Positions 56,349-64,000 of a stretch of 64,000 nt of DNA are shown here, in pieces. Within the stretch, counting starts at the first letter, position 1. Every line of letters starts with the position of its first letter. The notes under the pieces were generated by a model. The model was not told the DNA's origin. It did not search any database and saw only the letters and a list, made by a program, of their open reading frames with translations. Source of the DNA: Eledone cirrhosa (lineage: Eukaryota); contig OZ024759.1 in assembly GCA_964016885.1 (NCBI GenBank), positions 33,852,001-33,916,000 on the forward strand, written 5' to 3'. A program made the position numbers and the translations under genes.

Positions 56349-56530
56349 AACGACTACTACTACTACTACTACTACTACTACCACTACTACCACTACTACT
56401 ACTAACACTAATACTACTACTACTAACACTAATACTACTACTACTACTACCATTACTACTACTACAACATCTACTGCTACTACTTCACTTATACCAACCA
56501 CAGCCAACACAACCAGCACCATCACCAATC
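46093..56530. repeat. Macrosatellite: 7 units of a conserved ~205-bp core plus 0.6-1.9 kb cryptic (ACT)n array
   Basis: Core start GTATACCAAC at 46888, 49020, 50591, 51813, 53531 and 55153 (unit lengths 2132, 1571, 1222, 1718, 1622); partial diverged core at 46093-46245. Confidence 0.95.
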
Positions 56531-56571
56531 CTCTTCCAGAAATATACAGAGAGATAGAGAGGGAGAGAGAG

Positions 56572-56633
<62 letters not shown>

Positions 56634-56638
<5 letters not shown>

Positions 56639-56792
56639 AAAAGAGTCGGTCTGAAGAGACCTAGCTGTGGAAACGGCTTGAGCTCTGCCATCGGGGTCCT
56701 GACTCTTTTCCTATTACCCACCCTACTACTCAGTATCGAGTACTTTGGTGCGTTGTAGTCCACCTGGTTACTTACCACACTTCCTTCGTTAT
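56634..56792 (+). mobile_element. Family B variant retaining the hammerhead CUGANGA box
   Basis: CTGAAGA-GAC ctagct GTG-GAAA-CGGC ttgagctct GCCA-TC at 56651-56692. Confidence 0.8.
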
Positions 56793-56804
56793 ATATATTT
56801 ATAT

Positions 56805-57002
56805 ATAACGAAGGAAATGTAGTAAGGAACCAGATGGACCATAACGCACCAGAGTACTCAATACTTAGAGCAGTAGAGTGGGTAATAGGAATAAGTATGA
56901 CCCCGATGGCAGAGCTCAAGCCGTTTCGACGGCTTTTTCTGATCCAGAAATAGCCGTCGAAACGGCTTGAGCTCTGCCGTCGGGGTCATACTTTTTCCTA
57001 TA
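56805..57002 (-). mobile_element. Family B palindromic element, tail-to-tail with the previous copy
   Basis: Standard tail and inverted arms. Confidence 0.9.
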
Positions 57003-57229
57003 TATATATATATACATGTGTGTGTGTGTTTGTGCGCGCGCGCATTCCTGACTCTCTCCCACGCTCTCTTCCTCTGCTTCTCATTTTCCTCTTTAGCCAC
57101 TTATAATCAAACAAAGTCAACGATAGAACCATTTCTGCCACATCAAGACCTAACCTCAATCGATATTGTTGTTAAATGTAAATTCTTCAGTATAATTTCT
57201 TCATTTATATACCTACTACTTGATGTATT

Positions 57230-57278
57230 TCAGTCTCTCTCCCTCTCTCTTCCACCCCTCTTGCTTTCCTCCCCCCTC

Positions 57279-57317
<39 letters not shown>

Positions 57318-57630
57318 ATCTCTCTCACTCTCTCTCTCTTGCTCTTCGACCTCTCTTGGTTTCCTCCCCCCTCTCTCTCTCTCTGTCTTTCTAACTATCT
57401 CTATTTCTCTCACTCTCTCTCTTGCTCTTCGACCTCTCTTGATGTCCTTCTCTTTCTCTCTCTCTCTATCCCTCTTTCCATCACTTTTCTTCTCTCGCTC
57501 TCTTTCTCTCCTCACATCCCTCACAATCTCTCTCCCACTCTCCACCTCTCTCTCTCTCTCTCTCTCCCCACACATCTCTCTCTCCACACTCTCTCCACTC
57601 ACCTCTCTCTCCCCACATCTCTCTCTCTCT
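57230..57630. repeat. Degenerate (CT)n polypyrimidine tract
   Basis: Directly visible. Confidence 0.9.
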
Positions 57631-58334
57631 AAATATTCACATATTGAGAACAATTAAACAACGAATCCATTGTTTCTTCTGCTAAACTACGAGATAACAA
57701 CGAGATAACAACGAGATTCTAGATGATTATCAGTAAAACGAAAACTAACAAAAACATACGAATAAAAGTAGAAAAGCGCAAAATATTAGAACAATATAAA
57801 AGAACAAATATTTTCCAATTCTTCGAGAATGTTTTCTAAAGGAATGTCATATTTTCTAGTCTTTCATGTTTTTATATTTGCGGCTCTTTTTTTTTTTGTT
57901 CTTTTTTTGGCTGCCGTTCTGTTTTTATTTTTGTGTGTATTTGTCACATGATTTTTTGTTTTTGTTTTAATGGCTGCTGCTATTGAGGCCGAGAAGACAT
58001 TAGATGTTAAAAGCACAGACATTTTACACACAGAGCAATTACGATAGTGATTCCTACTACATCTAAACAACATTACACGAACAATTTGTAATCAGAACAG
58101 ATCAACATCGCAAATGAAAAATGACAGCTTTAAGATGAGATTTGAATTCAAAAGTATCACGACTGCTAGCATTAATATTGATCTCATTAGGTCATGTAAA
58201 AATTCACCAATCAAACAGACAGACACATATTCAGGGGAAACCCAACACTACGTTCAAACAACTATATATAAATCTGAGTCGCTTCCGTCTGTCCGTCCGT
58301 CACATTGTGTGTGTGTGTTTCTGTGAATGTATAT

Positions 58335-58580
58335 GTGTGTAAAAGGAAGGAAGCGGACGGTGGAGAAAAAAAACTATAACAAAACAGCGGCTGGCTTTCC
58401 ATTTGCTATGGCGTGTGTGAGTGTATGTGCATGAGTTTGTGTTTCTGTAAATTGTGTGTGTGTGTGTGTGTTTGTGGAAATGTGTGTGTGTGCGTGAAAA
58501 AGGAAGAAAGGGGATGGTGAAAAAGTTATAGCCAAATAGCGGCTGGTGTTCCATTTGCTACGCTGTGAGTGAATGTATGT
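58335..58580. repeat. Diverged two-copy tandem duplication (~155-bp period)
   Basis: AAAAGGAAG...AGCGGCTGG..TTCCATTTGCTA occurs twice. Confidence 0.75.
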
Positions 58581-59277
58581 ATAGTATGTGTGTGTGGTTA
58601 TGTAAATGTATGCGTGTATGTGTATGTATGTCTGTGTGTATTTCTGTGTGTGTGTGCTTGCGCGTTTATATTTATATACTCATACTCAGACATATAAATG
58701 TATCCATATGCACATACACACATGTATAAACATATACACATACACATCAGCGCATTGGAAACAAAATTATAGTAATAAAAAATTACGGATGTCCATAAAA
58801 AGAAATTACACTTATGCAGACAACATAGAAAGTAATTTTTCCTTGTTCTTCTAATTTTAGTAATTGTCTGCCCATCTTTAGTTATCATATATCATAAGTT
58901 CTGATAGCAGATAGCGGAGCTGATGGGGATGACCGCTAGAAATTGATATAAATATCAATCCCAGTATTGATTTGAGGATATTAAAGTAATTTATGGCTGA
59001 GGAAGCATTCACAAATAAGCTACTACAACGCAACGGTTTTCAGTCGTGATGGATTTAGCGTACGTTTATGTTTGGCCTTATTTTTGAAGACGAGGTTTTC
59101 GATAAACCCATCTAACATGAACATTAATATGTCAGACAATCAGACATATATAAATACATATATAAATACACATACACACACACACACATACTCACACACA
59201 GGCATCCACTCAATGGCATATACTTAAGTACTCACACTACGGCATATATATATCAAAATGCATATAGATATAAAATA

Positions 59278-59333
<56 letters not shown>

Positions 59334-59390
59334 GGAGAGAGAGAGGTAGGTAGGTAGAGAGATGCATATATATGCATATACTATAATTAT

Positions 59391-59425
<35 letters not shown>

Positions 59426-59490
59426 GGAGAGAGAGAGAGGGGGGGTGGTAGGTAGAGAGATGCATATATATATGCATATAATATAATTAT

Positions 59491-59534
<44 letters not shown>

Positions 59535-59567
59535 CACACATTCACGCACACCGACACATATACAAAC

Positions 59568-59603
<36 letters not shown>

Positions 59604-59780
59604 TGGGGGGGGGGGTATGCATATGCATACAGTTTCAGTACAAAATGAGGTAAAATCAATGACAGATTGAGGAAGAGAGAAAGAGAGATAATAGGAGAAT
59701 GAGAAGGTGCGGTCATTGAGAAGAAGGAACTCAGAAAGAGAAAAGACAAACAACAAAGATATCTGTCCATTCAATAATTT

Positions 59781-59883
<103 letters not shown>

Positions 59884-60048
59884 TGCTGTTGTTGTTGTTG
59901 GGTGGGAAAACATTAGCAATTGATGAGACTTGCAGAATATCAGACATTGGAATATCAATAGAGTGATGATAGGCTGCATATAAACGTTGTGTAGATACAT
60001 ATATGTATATACATACATACATACCTACATATATTATATATATATATA

Positions 60049-60082
<34 letters not shown>

Positions 60083-60170
60083 CATACACATTTACATATG
60101 AATATACTTCTATTTTTGCGCACGCTATTACATAGATGCATCCAATCATTCATATACACTCATGTATATA

Positions 60171-60221
<51 letters not shown>

Positions 60222-60230
60222 TTGTATATG

Positions 60231-60262
<32 letters not shown>

Positions 60263-60270
60263 TACACACA

Positions 60271-60324
<54 letters not shown>

Positions 60325-60471
60325 CGCGCACACATACATATATATACACATATATATACCCACACACATATATATATATATATACACATCTATATATACA
60401 CACCCACATACACATCCATACATACATATATACATGCATATATACATACATGAATACATATATATGCAAAC

Positions 60472-60513
<42 letters not shown>

Positions 60514-60514
60514 G

Positions 60515-60546
<32 letters not shown>

Positions 60547-61289
60547 AGCACAGTCAGACACACATGTTTACTACAAGTACAGTCATACGACAGATACATA
60601 ATGTATAAAGCTGACCTATATTAGAAGATCGTACTAGCTAGAAGTGGTTTTAACACTTAGCTGAAAAACCTTGAACCTCCCACACCACACGAAATAATAC
60701 GAATAAATATAGTAGAAAATGTATCTGATACAAACCACCCCATAATTTGAGCATCTTATATTTGTGGCTAGGAAACTCATTACTATGACTGGGAAATGGA
60801 TAGTTTTTATGCTAGCGAAACAAAAATTAGACAGGTTTAAACAGCACGGAAACGAAGGTAACATATTTATGGAGAGTAATTTTAGAATCTATAGGCTATG
60901 CACTAAAGACATATCAAATTGTTTGATGTTTTTTTTTTTATTTTAAGACTGGATATAGACAATACACACATTTGTTTCCCTCCAGAAATCTATTAAATGC
61001 TGCATCGTTTTCAAACTACATATATCTATAATAAGCACTATGATAACACTGAGTATTGTTGCAGTAATACTCTGTTTATTTCAAGTCCAACCTCTGTCCA
61101 GGTTTGAATACAACAGATTTCGCCGGGAGAAGGGTAGAGAAAGTGAAAGAACAAGCATAAGAGAGAGATATCGACGTAGAATTGATGCCAATACTAAACT
61201 GGTACTTTCCCATCGACATGGGATGGATGAACGTCAAATAGATGCTCGTTTCAACGTGAATTATTCTTAAAATGTAGAGCAACCTCTTA

Positions 61290-62150
61290 GTATTAAGTCC
61301 TCCTGTGCCATGGGATATATTGGGCAATGAACCTTCTTCAATTTATGAGATCAACTGGGGCATCTTGCCTAGTCTCCAAATCTTTCCCAATCCTCTGGAG
61401 ATCTCTTTTGAAAGTTGAGCGCCAGGTTTTCTTGGTTCACATTCAGTGCTAAGCAGAAAAAAGGGACACCCATTTCATTTCCCCCATAGATATTCTGGTA
61501 CTCAGACACACACAGAATGTGTCCAGCCAGTTTCACGCACCTTTCAGTGTCAGTCAGATAATTGTTCCTACTTTTGGCACAATGCCAGCAATTATCTCAG
61601 TGTATTACTGGTACTTTATTTTTATCAACCCCGTAGGGATGAAAGGCAAAGTTAACCTCAGCAGGATTTGAACTCAGTCAAGTCTTAATAATAATGATAA
61701 TAACAACGAGGGTTCGGGACGAGCATATCTCCTGTCATTAAGGAAACTACAAGCTTGATGAGCTATTGATTTCACGAGTCTAACACGATCGATACACGTA
61801 TCTTGAGCTGATCGATTGTGAAACGGGCTTCATACGTTCCTAAACATAAAAGCAAAGTTAACCTCGGCGGGATTTGAACTCAGACCATAAAGGACGGTAA
61901 CTCTTTGCTGCAATGGCGTCCGACTCTCTACCGATACTGCCAATCCACCGGCATTAAACCAATCCACTGCCCTTTGTCAGTCAGATAATGTTAGTCACTA
62001 ACCTCTTTTTACCTCTCTTCAGCACCCCTACATCAGTAATCTGGCTTCCATAAGTAATTTTCAGGATTCTTCTAAGACATTTTTGTTGGAAAAGTTTGAG
62101 CTTCTTAAGAATTTTGGCAGTCATTATCCGGGGTTCACTAACATATATGG
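61290..62150 (-). mobile_element. RTE-clade LINE 3' fragment split by a nested SINE insertion
   Basis: Minus strand LKLFQQKCLRRILKITYGSQITDVGVLKR (62110-62000), then ERCVKLAGHIL...PRKTWRSTFKRDL (61547-61300). Confidence 0.75.
61559..61974 (-). mobile_element. SINE family A, itself interrupted (61677-61847), with 15-bp TSD
   Basis: TSD TGTCAGTCAGATAAT at 61548-61562 and 61975-61989. Confidence 0.85.
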
Positions 62151-62403
62151 CAGTTCCTAAAACTGAGTATTCTATATTGTACTTGAGGGTTTCGACGTAA
62201 ATACTGATAAAATTATTATCACGAAATGTTTATTTGATATGTGAATAATATAGATACTGGAATAGTTTTGTATATGTTTACTGGACAAACATTTATCAAA
62301 GACTGTTTCATCTTTAATATAACTTCCATTCTCCTTCCATTCATCATTCATGTTTTAAACATGCTAGCTGTATATATAAATATATACATATTCGTATATA
62401 TGA

Positions 62404-62472
<69 letters not shown>

Positions 62473-62488
62473 AGTGTGTGTGTGTGCA

Positions 62489-62548
<60 letters not shown>

Positions 62549-62609
62549 AGTCTGTGTATGCATATAAGTATATACATGCGTGTGTGTGTGTTGTATATAT
62601 ATAAATAAT

Positions 62610-62641
<32 letters not shown>

Positions 62642-63414
62642 CGTATGTGTGTATGAGTGTGTGAGTGCATATATGTTTATATATATTTGTTTGTATGTAT
62701 GATTATGTGAGTGTTTCTTTATGTGTATGTTTGCGTATATCGTGACAGTAAATCAGATAGGTAATTGTGCATTTACTGTTGTCATATAGAACATATATGC
62801 AAATAGATTTATACATGTATTTATCTCAGTAGATATACAATATACATATTACAGTTAAGAATGCATGAAATAAATAATGCATAAGATTTATTATAGCAGA
62901 GAACAACCCTGAATATATATACCCGACAATCTGTCTCCCCGCACAGATTGGGCTCAAAAGTTTCCTTCCAATCTAGATTTCATTTTTCACTATTTGAATT
63001 TCCTATTTCCCATTTTCTGTTTCAGTGATTAGCTTTAAGAAAAGATGTCCTCCAATTTCTCCTAAACATTCCGGGAGCTTAAGAATAATATTTTTATAAA
63101 CATCTTTGGTTGGTGGTATTTATTCTACGTTAGATATTCTCCTTCGTCGTTCTGTTATCAAGGGGTTGTTAATGATTGGTATTGCTAGTTGTTCATTGAG
63201 ACGGGCTGAGTTGCTCATGGACACATTACAATGACTGGATCTGCGATCGAAACTACGGATTGCTTATTATGAGAACTAGGAAACCCACCATTAGACCACG
63301 TGATTTCAACATACAAGAATCATGCATGTTCCTGCAACTCCTGAGAGAGTCATAGAGACGCAGTACTGGCACAAGTTGTCTTTGGAATAGTTTAAAACTT
63401 GACAGCGAACATTT

Positions 63415-63665
63415 CCTCTCCAGGTCTGAATGCAACAGATTACATCCAGAGAAGAATAGACAGTGAGAAAGAGAGGAAATGATAAAAAGATATAGAGGAA
63501 GAATGGACCCCAGTATTTGACTGCTACTTTTTAATCGAACTCGAGTGGATGAAAGACAAAGTTGACCTCGGCAGAATTAGAACTCAGATAGCAGCGTGCA
63601 TCATCCGATATCACAAAGTATTCTATCCAACTATTACGACTCAGCCAATTCGACACTTCACTTAA
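63415..63665 (-). mobile_element. Old SINE subfamily A2
   Basis: GGATGAAAGACAAAGTTGACCTCGGCAGAATTAGAACTCAG core with the A2 tail CTCTCCAGGTCTGAATGCAACAG. Confidence 0.65.
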
Positions 63666-63914
63666 AAGAAGAGTGGCGGGTGGAATGCGACAATAGACAA
63701 ATAACACAACGTTTGAAAATAGAAGGTATTACCTCACACGGGATGAGAGACTAATCAGGATTACGACTAATGTGAAAAAAAAACGAAATCAACAGATAGC
63801 TTGCTTAAGAGAAGGAGAAATAATTAGGGGGAGAGAGATTGAGTAATTGATATAGAGGAACAGTCACACAGGTAGCTTTGTTCAATCTCGAAGTAGGATC
63901 GAAGTCATTGTTGC

Positions 63915-63946
<32 letters not shown>

Positions 63947-64000
63947 AAAGGTAAACAGAGATAACAACACAATCGGTACAGTATATGGAAGGGATATATT

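Noticed and set aside
61040-61270. 76-aa ORF with a signal-peptide-like start and basic residues (neuropeptide-like)
   Set aside because: Most of it (61090-61255) is the reverse strand of an old SINE A2 copy homologous to 63415-63600

Overview
AT-rich animal genomic DNA, probably intronic or intergenic, with a very high density of microsatellites: (TA)n, (GA)n, (CA)n, (GATA)n, (ACT)n and (AAC)n. The repeat content suggests an octopod cephalopod, which is inference. Nearly all supplied ORFs are microsatellite translation artefacts and no complete host gene is visible; there is one plausible 99-nt internal exon at 5523-5621. Identifiable content: (1) about 20 copies of a tRNA-headed SINE with a Deu/Nin-like core; (2) 3' fragments of Tx1-, RTE-, CRE- and Vingi-type LINEs and a few Tc1/pogo-like MITEs; (3) an 82-bp x9 minisatellite and a ~10.4-kb macrosatellite of a conserved ~205-bp core plus Thr-frame ACN arrays; (4) the most striking signal, a dense population of short ORF-less elements from several unrelated families, sitting in or beside (TA)n tracts, often folded back as long palindromes and carrying minimal type I hammerhead ribozyme motifs. 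These include unusual variants (U3-A8, C.A-closed and ~90-nt stem II) and resemble Penelope-like-element pLTR derivatives or retrozyme-like elements. All folds were worked out by eye and element boundaries are approximate.
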